NCBI GenBank assembly: GCA_017397105.1
Contig: JAFQKF010000021.1
Span: 4,895-68,894, forward strand
Direction: 5' to 3'
Length of the DNA stretch: 64,000 bases
Source of the DNA: Clostridia bacterium
Lineage (GTDB): Bacteria; Bacillota; Clostridia; Oscillospirales; Acutalibacteraceae
Position 1 is the first letter of the stretch. Every line of letters begins with the position of its first letter. The notes beneath the pieces are model-generated. The model saw only the letters and a program-made list of their open reading frames with translations. It was not told where the DNA came from and made no database searches. The translations under genes and the position numbers were made by a program. Positions 9,772-18,848 of this stretch are shown here, piece by piece.

Positions 9772-10508
9772 GAGAATTAAAAGAACTTCTCACCGTTGTT
9801 TCCAATGAAAAAATAGCGGTAAACACATATAAAATGGTGCTCTCAGGCTGCACCAAAGAAATAACCGTACCCGGTCAGTTTATCAACATTGCGCTTGACG
9901 GTTTTTATCTCAGACGCCCCATTTCAGTATGCGACTGGGACGAAAATACGGTTACAATAATCTACAAAGCAGTAGGTAACGGCACCGAGCTTATGGCCAC
10001 TCTTAAGGCAGGCGCTCAGCTTGACACTCTTATGGGCCTTGGCAACGGATTTGATACCTCCAAAAGCGGCAACGCTCCCCTGCTTATCGGCGGCGGCGCA
10101 GGCGTACCTCCCATGTATGCTCTTGCAAAGAAGCTTATAAGCGAAGGCAAAAAGCCCGTAGTTATCCTCGGATTCAATACGGAAAGCGAAGTTTTCTTCG
10201 CAGAAGAATTCAAGGCTCTCGGCATTGAAACCTACGTTTCAACCGCTGACGGTTCCGTCGGCACAAAGGGCTTTGTAACTGACGTTATCGCAAAACTTGA
10301 GGGATATACCTACTTCTACACCTGCGGACCCGAGCCCATGCTCAAGGCTATCTACAACGCAACCGAGGCAAGTGGCCAGTTAAGCTTTGAGGAGCGTATG
10401 GGTTGCGGCTTCGGCGCTTGCATGGGTTGCTCATGCAAAACAAAATACGGCAACAAGAGAATCTGCAAAGACGGTCCCGTACTCGAAAAGGAGGAGATTA
10501 TATGGTAA
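9768..10508 (+). CDS. pyrK: Dihydroorotate dehydrogenase electron transfer subunit
   Basis: PGQF, LRRPISV, GGGAGVPP, CGPEPML, MGCGFGACMGC...ICKDGPV (2Fe-2S). Confidence 0.95.
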   Translation: MRELKELLTVVSNEKIAVNTYKMVLSGCTKEITVPGQFINIALDGFYLRRPISVCDWDENTVTIIYKAVGNGTELMATLKAGAQLDTLMGLGNGFDTSKSGNAPLLIGGGAGVPPMYALAKKLISEGKKPVVILGFNTESEVFFAEEFKALGIETYVSTADGSVGTKGFVTDVIAKLEGYTYFYTCGPEPMLKAIYNATEASGQLSFEERMGCGFGACMGCSCKTKYGNKRICKDGPVLEKEEIIW

Positions 10509-11413
10509 GCACAAAGGTTAAACTCTGCTCTCTCGAGCTTGACAATCCTGTAATCCCCGCAAGCGGTACCTTCGGCTTCGGCTACGAATTTGCAGAACTT
10601 TACGATATCAACATCTTAGGTTCAATATCATTGAAGGGCACTACCGCACAGCCCAGATTCGGCAACCCCACCCCCAGAATAGCGGAATGCCCTGCAGGAA
10701 TGATAAACTCCGTAGGTCTGCAGAATCCCGGAATAGATGCGGTTATCTCTCAGGAGCTTCCGAAGCTTGCAGAATGCTTCAGCAAGCCTGCAATCGCCAA
10801 CATAAGCGGTTTTTCCGTTGAAGAATACGTTGAATGCTGCTCAAAGGCTGACAAGGCAGAGCAAATCGGAATTCTTGAGGTAAACGTAAGCTGCCCCAAC
10901 GTACACAACGGCGGTATGAGCTTCGGCACATCCCCTGAAGCGGCGGCAGAAATCACAAGGGCTGTAAAAGCGGTTACAACAAAGCCTGTCTTTATCAAAC
11001 TTACCCCCAACGTAACCGATATAGTCAGCATTGCAAAGGCTTGCGAGGAAGCAGGAGCTGACGGTCTCAGCCTCATAAACACCATGCTCGGCATGAGAAT
11101 TAATCTCAAAACCAAAAAGCCCGTTATAGCAAACAAAATGGGCGGTTTCTCAGGCAGCGCAATTTTCCCCGTAGCGCTGAGAATGGTTTATCAGGTATAT
11201 GAAGCGGTTAAAATCCCGATTATCGGCATGGGCGGCGTATCAAGCGCTCAGGACGTTATAGAAATGATGCTTGCAGGTGCTACCGCGGTACAAATCGGTG
11301 CCCAGAATCTCGTTGACCCCTACGCCTGCAAAAATATAATCGAATCCCTTCCCGGGGTAATGCAAGAGTATTCAATAAATAATCTTGAAGATATAATAGG
11401 AGGAGCACACTAA
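10502..11413 (+). CDS. pyrD: Dihydroorotate dehydrogenase 1B catalytic subunit
   Basis: [42 protein letters not shown]; ATG 10502 after GGAGGAG. Confidence 0.96.
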   Translation: MVSTKVKLCSLELDNPVIPASGTFGFGYEFAELYDINILGSISLKGTTAQPRFGNPTPRIAECPAGMINSVGLQNPGIDAVISQELPKLAECFSKPAIANISGFSVEEYVECCSKADKAEQIGILEVNVSCPNVHNGGMSFGTSPEAAAEITRAVKAVTTKPVFIKLTPNVTDIVSIAKACEEAGADGLSLINTMLGMRINLKTKKPVIANKMGGFSGSAIFPVALRMVYQVYEAVKIPIIGMGGVSSAQDVIEMMLAGATAVQIGAQNLVDPYACKNIIESLPGVMQEYSINNLEDIIGGAH

Positions 11414-12111
11414 TGGGTAAAGACGTAATCATCGCTTGCGATTTCAGCAGCAAAAAGGACTGCATGGATTTTCTTGCAAAGTTCACAGAGGAAAAGCCCT
11501 TTGTTAAAATCGGCATGGAGCTTTTCTATGCAGAAGGTCCCCAGATTGTTAAGGAAATCAAAGAAAGAGGCCACAAGATTTTCCTTGATTTAAAGCTTCA
11601 CGATATCCCCAACACCGTAAAGAAGGCTATGAGCGTTCTTTCAAATCTTGACGTTGATATGTGCAACCTGCACGCAAGCGGCACCATCGCCATGATGGAA
11701 GCTGCTCTTGAAGGACTTATGAGAGAAGACGGCACAAGACCCATTCTCCTTGCCGTAACTCAGCTTACATCCACCAGCCAGGAGCGCATGACCTCCGATC
11801 TTCTTATCGACAGACCCATTGAAGAGGTTGTTGTTAAATATGCTCAGAACGCTCAGACTGCAGGGCTTGACGGCGTTGTTTGCTCTCCCCTTGAGGCTTC
11901 AAGTGTTAAGGAAGCCTGCGGCAAGCAGTTCTACACCGTTACTCCCGGCGTAAGATTTGCGGACGGTGACATCGGCGACCAGGTAAGAGTTACCACCCCC
12001 GAAAAGGCTAAGGAAATCGGCTCTGACTATATCGTAGTAGGCAGACCCATTACCGCCGCAGCAGACCCCGTAGCAGCATACCGCCGCTGCTGCGCAGAAT
12101 TCATCGGTTAA
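11413..12111 (+). CDS. pyrF: Orotidine-5'-phosphate decarboxylase
   Basis: [43 protein letters not shown]. Confidence 0.97.
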   Translation: MGKDVIIACDFSSKKDCMDFLAKFTEEKPFVKIGMELFYAEGPQIVKEIKERGHKIFLDLKLHDIPNTVKKAMSVLSNLDVDMCNLHASGTIAMMEAALEGLMREDGTRPILLAVTQLTSTSQERMTSDLLIDRPIEEVVVKYAQNAQTAGLDGVVCSPLEASSVKEACGKQFYTVTPGVRFADGDIGDQVRVTTPEKAKEIGSDYIVVGRPITAAADPVAAYRRCCAEFIG

Positions 12112-12148
12112 AATTTAAGCTTTATATACAGAAAGGAAGAATGCAATT

Positions 12149-12793
12149 ATGGAAATCCAGAAAAACACAGCTAAAGCTCTCCTCACAATAGGTGCGGTTT
12201 TCTTCCGTCCCCAGGAGCCCTTTACCTGGGCAAGCGGCATCAAAAGCCCCGTTTATTGCGACAACAGACTTATCCTCTCCGCTCCTGCTCAGAGAAAAAT
12301 CGTTGAACAGTACATTGCCGACACAGTAAAGGCAAATTATCCCGAGTGCGAAATGCTTATGGGCACCAGCACCGCAGGTATCGCTCATGCAGCAATCGCC
12401 GCTCATCTTATGGACATCCCCATGGGCTACGTTCGCTCAGGCGCTAAGGATCACGGCAGACAAAATCAGATCGAAGGCAAAATGGAGCCCGGCACCAAGG
12501 TTGTTGTTATTGAAGATCTTATTTCAACAGGCGGCAGCGTTATCGAGGTTGTTGACGCTCTCAGAAATGCAGGCGCAGAAGTTCTCGGCATCGTAAGCAT
12601 CTTCACCTACAATATGCAGAAAGGTCTTGACAGACTTGCAGCTGCAAACGTTAAAAACGTAAGCCTTACAAACTTCGACGTTATCGCTGAAGTTGCCGCA
12701 GAAGAAGGCTACATTGAAAAAGAAGACATCGCAAGGCTCATTGCTTTCCGTAACAATCCGAGCGATGAAAGCTGGATCGGAGGCACTAAATGA
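12149..12793 (+). CDS. pyrE: Orotate phosphoribosyltransferase
   Basis: [38 protein letters not shown]. Confidence 0.97.
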   Translation: MEIQKNTAKALLTIGAVFFRPQEPFTWASGIKSPVYCDNRLILSAPAQRKIVEQYIADTVKANYPECEMLMGTSTAGIAHAAIAAHLMDIPMGYVRSGAKDHGRQNQIEGKMEPGTKVVVIEDLISTGGSVIEVVDALRNAGAEVLGIVSIFTYNMQKGLDRLAAANVKNVSLTNFDVIAEVAAEEGYIEKEDIARLIAFRNNPSDESWIGGTK

Positions 12794-13701
12794 GGCATCT
12801 TATAGATATTCTTGATTTATCTACTCAGGAAATTGATGAACTCATCGCCACTGCAAACGATATAATCGCAAATCCCGATAAATACCGTGAAAAGTGCAAG
12901 TATAAAAAGCTTGCAACGCTTTTCTACGAGCCCTCAACCAGAACCCGTCTCAGCTTTGAAGCAGCTATGTATGAGCTCGGCGGCAACGTTCTCGGATTTT
13001 CGGAGGCTACAAGCAGCTCTGCATCAAAGGGTGAAAGCGTTTCGGACACCGCAAGAATCATAGGCGGTTACGCTGACATTATTGCAATGCGCCACCCCAA
13101 GGAAGGCGCTCCCCTTGTTGCATCCTACAAAGCAGGCATCCCTGTTATCAACGCAGGCGACGGCGGTCACAATCATCCCACACAGACCCTTACCGACCTT
13201 CTTACAATTATGCGCAAGAAGAACCGTTTTGACGGTCTTACGGTAGGTCTTTGCGGCGACCTTAAATTCGGCAGAACAGTCCATTCCCTTATGGGCGCTC
13301 TTGCGAGATACAAGAACGTACGCTTCATTCTTATCTCACCTCCCGAGCTTAAAATCCCTGAGTATCTCAGAACAGACATGCTCGAAAAGGGTGTTTCCAT
13401 TTATGAAACAACTGAGCTTAGCAAGGTAATGCCTGAGCTTGATATTCTTTATATGACAAGAGTTCAGCGCGAGCGTTTCTTCAACGAGGCTGACTATATC
13501 AGACTTAAGGACAGTTACATTTTAACCCTTGAAAAGCTCCAGAATGCCAAGGATGACCTTTGCATCCTTCATCCCCTGCCCAGAGTAAACGAAATCGCCG
13601 TTGAGGTTGACGATGACAGCAGAGCTTGCTATTTTGAACAGGCGGCAAACGGCAAATACATAAGAATGGCACTTATTCTCAAGCTGCTTGAGATTGACTG
13701 A
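12790..13701 (+). CDS. pyrB: Aspartate carbamoyltransferase catalytic subunit
   Basis: [41 protein letters not shown]. Confidence 0.97.
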   Translation: MRHLIDILDLSTQEIDELIATANDIIANPDKYREKCKYKKLATLFYEPSTRTRLSFEAAMYELGGNVLGFSEATSSSASKGESVSDTARIIGGYADIIAMRHPKEGAPLVASYKAGIPVINAGDGGHNHPTQTLTDLLTIMRKKNRFDGLTVGLCGDLKFGRTVHSLMGALARYKNVRFILISPPELKIPEYLRTDMLEKGVSIYETTELSKVMPELDILYMTRVQRERFFNEADYIRLKDSYILTLEKLQNAKDDLCILHPLPRVNEIAVEVDDDSRACYFEQAANGKYIRMALILKLLEID

Positions 13702-13715
13702 GAGGAGTAAGAACT

Positions 13716-14138
13716 ATGCAGATAAATCCTATCACAAACGGCGTTGTGCTTGATCATATCACGGCCGGCAAAATCATGGAGCTTTACAGAGTTCTTAACC
13801 TTGATGAGCTTGAGTGCTCCGTTGCCATTATAAAGAATGCAGACAGTAAAAGAATGGGCAAAAAGGATATCCTTAAGATTGATGCCGCTATTGACCTTAA
13901 CCTTGACGTTGTAGGTTATATCGACCCAGGTATCACCGTGAACATCATCAAAGACGGCGTTGTAATCAAAAGGAAAAAGCTCGGCTTGCCTGAAAAGGTT
14001 ACCAACGTAATCAAGTGCAAGAATCCACGCTGCATCACTTCAATCGAGCAGGAGCTTCCCCACGTTTTCAAGCTCACAGACCGTGAGACCAAAACCTACC
14101 GCTGCATCTACTGCGAATCAAAAGCTAAAAACATATAA
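13716..14138 (+). CDS. pyrI: Aspartate carbamoyltransferase regulatory chain
   Basis: NGVVLDHITAG, KKDILK, zinc site CKNPRCIT...YRCIYCE. Confidence 0.95.
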   Translation: MQINPITNGVVLDHITAGKIMELYRVLNLDELECSVAIIKNADSKRMGKKDILKIDAAIDLNLDVVGYIDPGITVNIIKDGVVIKRKKLGLPEKVTNVIKCKNPRCITSIEQELPHVFKLTDRETKTYRCIYCESKAKNI

Positions 14139-14146
14139 TTTAATCG

Positions 14147-14186
14147 AAAAACGGGCTGTCTCGCTTACCGAAACAGCCCGTTCTTT
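14147..14186. terminator. Probable bidirectional intrinsic terminator
   Basis: AACGGGCTGT...ACAGCCCGTT stem with A and T tails, between convergent genes. Confidence 0.8.
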
Positions 14187-14191
14187 ATAGC

Positions 14192-14749
14192 TTAAAACTG
14201 CGAATCCGAATAATATTTTGCCTGCCGCTCAACGAACTCACCCAACTCAAGTCCGTCTATGCAAGCTCCGATAACTTTCATTTCCCCTTTGTAGACTTTA
14301 ATCTCCACGTATCCCTCATAAGGCTCGCCCTGACGCAACCAGAAATCCTCACTTTCAAACGGTACCTGCATTATATCCTCGCCATAGAACGCAGGACAAT
14401 CCGATTCATAAAACAGATACAGATTCCATTCAAAAAACTGCCCTGTGCGTCTGAAAGGATTTTCAACGTAATTATCACCGTCGGGCTTTTTATCTGTGAA
14501 TACAGGCTTTGTCATACCGTTTTCATCCGTTGTAAGCTCACAGTACCTTCCAACACCGTGAAACTCACGCGCTTCACTGAAATACGCCTGATCTCCAAGC
14601 CAGCAGGCGCTGTCTACGGGAATTTTATAAAGCGCTGTACTTTCCTCGAAGTTGCGGTTAAATAAGCTTGTATGGGCAATAAAACCCAAAATAACGGCAA
14701 TCTGCACAGCAACAGCAAGGCATACGGCAATCATGCGTTTATTCTTCAT
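14192..14749 (-). CDS. Membrane-anchored hypothetical protein (in the position of GDYXXLXY-family partners of DUF2157 proteins)
   Basis: N-terminal transmembrane segment (AVAVQIAVILGFI), overlap with the upstream gene, C-terminal YVEIKVYKGE...IDG. The GDYxxLxY motif itself is not visible. Confidence 0.6.
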   Translation of the reverse strand: MKNKRMIAVCLAVAVQIAVILGFIAHTSLFNRNFEESTALYKIPVDSACWLGDQAYFSEAREFHGVGRYCELTTDENGMTKPVFTDKKPDGDNYVENPFRRTGQFFEWNLYLFYESDCPAFYGEDIMQVPFESEDFWLRQGEPYEGYVEIKVYKGEMKVIGACIDGLELGEFVERQAKYYSDSQF

Positions 14750-16172
14750 TATTATCGCCCTCCTTTTCAGCCTTAAGGCGGCGCATCTTGCGCGAAAGAA
14801 TAAAGTTAATCAGAAGCAGCAGCGCACCCAACGCTGAGCAAAGCAAGCCGTAGCCGATTACTTCAAACTCAAACGCAACAGTAATGGAAATAACGGTTGA
14901 AAAAATCATCAGCATACCGAGATTGAGCGGTGCGAATCTGTTTTCCGTTGCACCCTGCGCTATAAGCGAGCCTGCCTGCACAAAAACTGCGGCAATTGCT
15001 ATAACGCAAAGCAAAACAGAATCGTTTAAAGACAGTATATCTCCAACGCATGAACACACAGCGCAAACAGATGCGCTTATGCAGAAAATGAGCTTGAGCT
15101 TATTCTCCTTGAGAGTTTTTCTGCCAAGGAAAAGTCCGCCTGCAAGTATTACCGCCGCAAGCACAACGCCCGTATAAGCAAGAGGCTCGTTTGAATAGGA
15201 AAAGCCGTCGTACCATTCGGGATTAATAAGCACGCTTATCACAACAGACGTGACGGATGAGCCAAGCAAGCCCAGATATCTGAAAGGCAGAAGCCCGCTC
15301 TCTTTGGTATCAAAGGCATACATAGCAACAAAGCACGCAGCAATAAGGGCAACAAAACCTATCTCCACACCGAAGCCCATAAGAATAACGTAAACAAATG
15401 CGGCCATCACTGAAATCCAGAGAGAATACACTACGCGCAAATCCTTGGCTTTCTTTTTGTGATTTTTATATCCGCAATACGCAAATCCCAGAAGCAGCAA
15501 GAAGAATGTAAGAAGAAAGTAGAGTGGATTTCCCGTATCCGTAACCTCAATATAGCCGTAAAAGATTACCGCCGCATAATATGCCGCAATAGGTGCCACT
15601 GCATCAAGCAGAATAAAAATCGGCAATATCATAAGAGCATCGGCAAGCAGGCATTCTTCAAAACTCAGGCGCAGTGCAAACATACTCTCCGCAAGAGCGA
15701 GCGTTGCCGCAAATCCAAGGCACCACGCAATACTCACACCCTCACGCCACGGTATACTGTTGCGTTTTTTAACAACAGCAAAAACACCTAACCCCTGCCC
15801 TATAAGCAAGGGAATAAACGAGAGTAGCTTCTTGAACAAATCCGGAAATTCCTGCCAGCCCTGAACAAAAACGACCGCAACGCCAACGCTGAGTAAAAGA
15901 CTTCCTAACACAGCAAATACAACGCTCAGGATTTTATAAGGTGCTATTTTATTCTCTTTCTCCGTTTTTCTCTTTTTACCGTAAATCAGCTCTTCAATTT
16001 CAACAGAAAAGATTTTTGCAAGTAAATCAAGAGTTTCTATATCCGGCTGCGTCCTGCCGTTTTCCCAGCCTGAAACAGTCTGGCGCGTAACAAACAGCTC
16101 GCTTGCAAGCGCCTCCTGAGTCATACCCTTTTCCATACGCAGGCGCTTTATGCTTTTGGCAACTTTAGTCAT
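14739..16172 (-). CDS. XRE-family HTH fused to a multi-pass membrane domain (DUF2157-like)
   Basis: IKRLRMEKGMTQEALASELFVTRQTVSGWENGRTQPD, then many hydrophobic helices (LGSLLLSVGV...GWQEFP). Start set to ATG 16172 after GAGGTG. Confidence 0.8.
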   Translation of the reverse strand: MTKVAKSIKRLRMEKGMTQEALASELFVTRQTVSGWENGRTQPDIETLDLLAKIFSVEIEELIYGKKRKTEKENKIAPYKILSVVFAVLGSLLLSVGVAVVFVQGWQEFPDLFKKLLSFIPLLIGQGLGVFAVVKKRNSIPWREGVSIAWCLGFAATLALAESMFALRLSFEECLLADALMILPIFILLDAVAPIAAYYAAVIFYGYIEVTDTGNPLYFLLTFFLLLLGFAYCGYKNHKKKAKDLRVVYSLWISVMAAFVYVILMGFGVEIGFVALIAACFVAMYAFDTKESGLLPFRYLGLLGSSVTSVVISVLINPEWYDGFSYSNEPLAYTGVVLAAVILAGGLFLGRKTLKENKLKLIFCISASVCAVCSCVGDILSLNDSVLLCVIAIAAVFVQAGSLIAQGATENRFAPLNLGMLMIFSTVISITVAFEFEVIGYGLLCSALGALLLLINFILSRKMRRLKAEKEGDNNEE

Positions 16173-16190
16173 AGTCATCACCTCAAGCCC

Positions 16191-16219
16191 ATTGTATAAC
16201 AGGAATATCACTTTGTCAT
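16191..16219 (-). promoter_or_regulatory. Putative promoter of the HTH-membrane gene
   Basis: ATGACA-17 bp-TACAAT on the minus strand; the spacer contains AGTGATATT. Confidence 0.5.
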
Positions 16220-16308
16220 TACTTTTCTGTAAATTTTTAGCGCTTCATTTTGTTGCACCCTTATACATCAAGGGTTTCAGGATTCAGCAATAACAAAACC
16301 GCCCCATA

Positions 16309-16507
16309 GGCGTTGTACCCGCAAGGATACAACGCCGGTTTTATTCGCCATACGGCGAGTTGTATTGCTACACAGTTTTATTGTGCTTCGCACAGTGTTA
16401 TTCGCTTCGCGAGTTTATTGCGAATAAAATAACACTGAATCCGAAGGATTCAATAACACTATTGTCCGGGACAATAATATCACTCTGCCGCAAGGCAGAA
16501 TATCACT
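16309..16507. repeat. Structured non-coding element: two oppositely oriented arrays of a 9-bp motif, separated by mini-hairpins
   Basis: RGTKKTATT-like copies at 16337, 16358, 16374, 16394 and 16412 (8 nt). AATAWCACT at 16428, 16452, 16476 and 16499. Spacers are palindromic. Confidence 0.8.
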
Positions 16508-16533
16508 TAAACTGACCGAAAAAAAAGAAATGC

Positions 16534-16602
16534 GCACTTACTCACCACCAAAGGTGCAAGTGCTAAAAAATGAGAGGTAATACGGATGTCCGTATTACCT
16601 CT
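16534..16602. repeat. Two inverted repeats; possible terminator(s) for minus-strand transcripts from tyrS
   Basis: GCACTT...AAGTGC (16534-16563) next to an A-run. Perfect 14-bp IR AGAGGTAATACGGA-TG-TCCGTATTACCTCT (16573-16602). Confidence 0.65.
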
Positions 16603-16805
16603 TTGTATTTATCATACCGTTATAAACAGGAAAAAGTATATAGCATATTATACCCTTCAAGAGTACCAATAAACCTTAACCTCACTCACAATTCGTAGCT
16701 GCCTGTGGGGCAACAAGTCGAGCGATAAAAAGTGTCTTAAAACTTTCCTTAACAGTACGGCTCCTACGGAGCGGTTTGTTTTTTAGAATATTTCTATTTC
16801 CTTAA

Positions 16806-18032
16806 TTATTCAGCGAGAATCTTGTGGTAAACCTTCTTACCTTTTTTGATAACTGCGGGGTTTGCAAGAAGCTCTTCCTTTGAAAGAGAGAGGGTGAAAT
16901 CGGTTACCTTTTCATCATTGAGAGAAACGCCGCCCTGCTCAACAAGTCTTCTGCCTTCGCCTCTTGACTTGGCAATGCCGCTCTTTACAAGCATAGTGAG
17001 AATATCAGCCTTGCCGTCACGGTAATCTTCATCAGAGAGAACGGTTGAAGGCATATCGGAGCTGTCTGCTCCGCCGCCGAAGAGTGCCTTTGCGGTAGCC
17101 TGAGCCTTTTCTGCCTCTTCTTCGCCGTGAACAAGCTTTGTAAGCTCGTAAGCAAGGATTTCCTTTGCCTTATTGAGCTGACTGCCTTCCCAGGAATCCA
17201 TTGCATCAATCTCTTCAAGAGGAAGGAAAGTAAGCATACGGATGCACTTGAGAACGTCACCGTCAGCAACGTTGCGCCAGTACTGATAGAAATCGTAAGG
17301 AGAAGTCTTTTTGGGATCAAGCCATACTGCACCCGAAGCGGTCTTACCCATCTTCTTGCCCTCGGAGTTGAGGAGAAGAGTAATAGTCATAGCATAGGCG
17401 TCCTTGCCGAGCTTCTTTCTGATAAGCTCAGTACCGCCGAGCATATTGGACCACTGATCATCGCCGCCGAACTGCATATTGCAGCCGTAGTGCTTGTAGA
17501 GATGATAGAAATCGTAGCTCTGCATAATCATATAGTTGAACTCAAGGAAGCTCAAGCCCTTTTCCATTCTCTGCTTATAGCACTCAGCTCTGAGCATATT
17601 GTTAACAGAGAAGCAAGCGCCGACCTCTCTGAGAACGTCAACGTAATTGAGGCTCATAAGCCAATCTGCATTATTAACAATCTGAGCCTTGCCCTCGCCG
17701 AACTCGATAAAGCGTGACATCTGCTCCTTGAAGCAGTTGATATTGTGCTCAATCGTTTCTTTGGTCATCATCTGGCGCATATCGGTTCTGCCTGAAGGGT
17801 CACCTATCATACCGGTTCCGCCGCCGAGAAGAGCGATGGGACGGTTGCCTGCCATCTGAAGTCTTTTCATAAGGCAAAGTGCCATGAAATGACCTACGTG
17901 AAGGCTGTCAGCCGTGGGGTCAAAGCCGATGTAGAAAACAGCATTGCCGTTGTTGATAAGATTTTTAATCTCATCTTCGTCTGTTACCTGCGCAATAAGT
18001 CCTCTTGCAACAAGTTCATCATAAATCTGCAT
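16806..18032 (-). CDS. tyrS: Tyrosyl-tRNA synthetase
   Basis: YIGFDPTADSLHVGH (HIGH), QFGGDDQWSN, KMGKT (KMSKS), C-terminal S4 domain. Confidence 0.98.
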   Translation of the reverse strand: MQIYDELVARGLIAQVTDEDEIKNLINNGNAVFYIGFDPTADSLHVGHFMALCLMKRLQMAGNRPIALLGGGTGMIGDPSGRTDMRQMMTKETIEHNINCFKEQMSRFIEFGEGKAQIVNNADWLMSLNYVDVLREVGACFSVNNMLRAECYKQRMEKGLSFLEFNYMIMQSYDFYHLYKHYGCNMQFGGDDQWSNMLGGTELIRKKLGKDAYAMTITLLLNSEGKKMGKTASGAVWLDPKKTSPYDFYQYWRNVADGDVLKCIRMLTFLPLEEIDAMDSWEGSQLNKAKEILAYELTKLVHGEEEAEKAQATAKALFGGGADSSDMPSTVLSDEDYRDGKADILTMLVKSGIAKSRGEGRRLVEQGGVSLNDEKVTDFTLSLSKEELLANPAVIKKGKKVYHKILAE

Positions 18033-18061
18033 TATTAAAACATCCTTTCGGTAGCATTTAC

Positions 18062-18108
18062 ATTATAACATTCATTAAAATATACATTATAAATCAACGT
18101 TTTGTCAA
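18062..18108 (-). promoter_or_regulatory. Putative tyrS promoter elements, no T-box
   Basis: TTGACA overlaps the upstream stop codon; TGtTATAAT lies about 30 nt before the ATG. Confidence 0.5.
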
Positions 18109-18833
18109 GTTGATTTTTCAACCGCTTTAAGCCACTCCTCAGCTATAAGCATATGGCCCGCTATGCTGGGGTGAGTTCCGTCCCACATAAGATACTCCAT
18201 TCTGGTCTTTTGAGCAACAGCGTTGATTTTATCAAACAGCGGCACAAAAATGCATCCGAAATCCTCGGCAATCACAGATGCCGCCGCACGGATTTTTTTA
18301 TTAACCTCTATACGGTAAGTAACGGAATCCGCAGGGTCGTTACTGTCAGGACGGTTGAAAGGCTTTTCAACACCGTCAGGGTGAGGAGAAAAGCGGTAAG
18401 AACGGTCCGTTTCATCAAGAGGACAGTAAAACGGCTCACACAGGATTATTTTTATATCCCCGAGTTTCCTGCGTGTAAACTCAAGAATCGCTCTTAGATT
18501 TGTTTCATAGCGCTCCAACGCTTCATCGGGAGTAAGATTATTGAAATATCCGTAGCCTCCCTCGTTAACACCAACAAGAATACTCAGAACAGTGGGTTTA
18601 TTGGCAATCACGTCTTCCTGCCATTTTCCGAGCAAATCAACGGCATTTTCTCCCGAGTAGCCTTTATTTATAAATTTCGGTCTGCTTTCGCAATTATCGA
18701 GCGCCAGCCTTGAGGCAACTATATAATGATATCCGTGGCCCATGATATGGTTACAGTCCATTGAATGCCCTCTGCCGCCGTCGGTTATGGAATCGCCCGA
18801 AAACAGAACAACGTCCTTTTCCGTAAGCTTCAA
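18105..18833 (-). CDS. SGNH/GDSL-family hydrolase
   Basis: GDSITD, NKGYSG, GVN and DGTHP blocks. Confidence 0.88.
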   Translation of the reverse strand: MKLTEKDVVLFSGDSITDGGRGHSMDCNHIMGHGYHYIVASRLALDNCESRPKFINKGYSGENAVDLLGKWQEDVIANKPTVLSILVGVNEGGYGYFNNLTPDEALERYETNLRAILEFTRRKLGDIKIILCEPFYCPLDETDRSYRFSPHPDGVEKPFNRPDSNDPADSVTYRIEVNKKIRAAASVIAEDFGCIFVPLFDKINAVAQKTRMEYLMWDGTHPSIAGHMLIAEEWLKAVEKST

Positions 18834-18848
18834 ATTAAAGCGCCCCCT

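Noticed and set aside
16337-16507. CRISPR array interpretation of the repeat-spacer pattern
   Set aside because: Repeats are only 9 bp, spacers are 7-15 bp and palindromic, orientation flips midway, and no cas genes are present.
16530-16570. CIRCE-like TTAGCACT on the minus strand
   Set aside because: The second half-site GAGTGCTAA at N9 spacing is missing, and no chaperone gene follows.
17127-17717. 196-aa ORF antisense to tyrS
   Set aside because: Codon-bias shadow of a conserved gene; no recognisable motifs.
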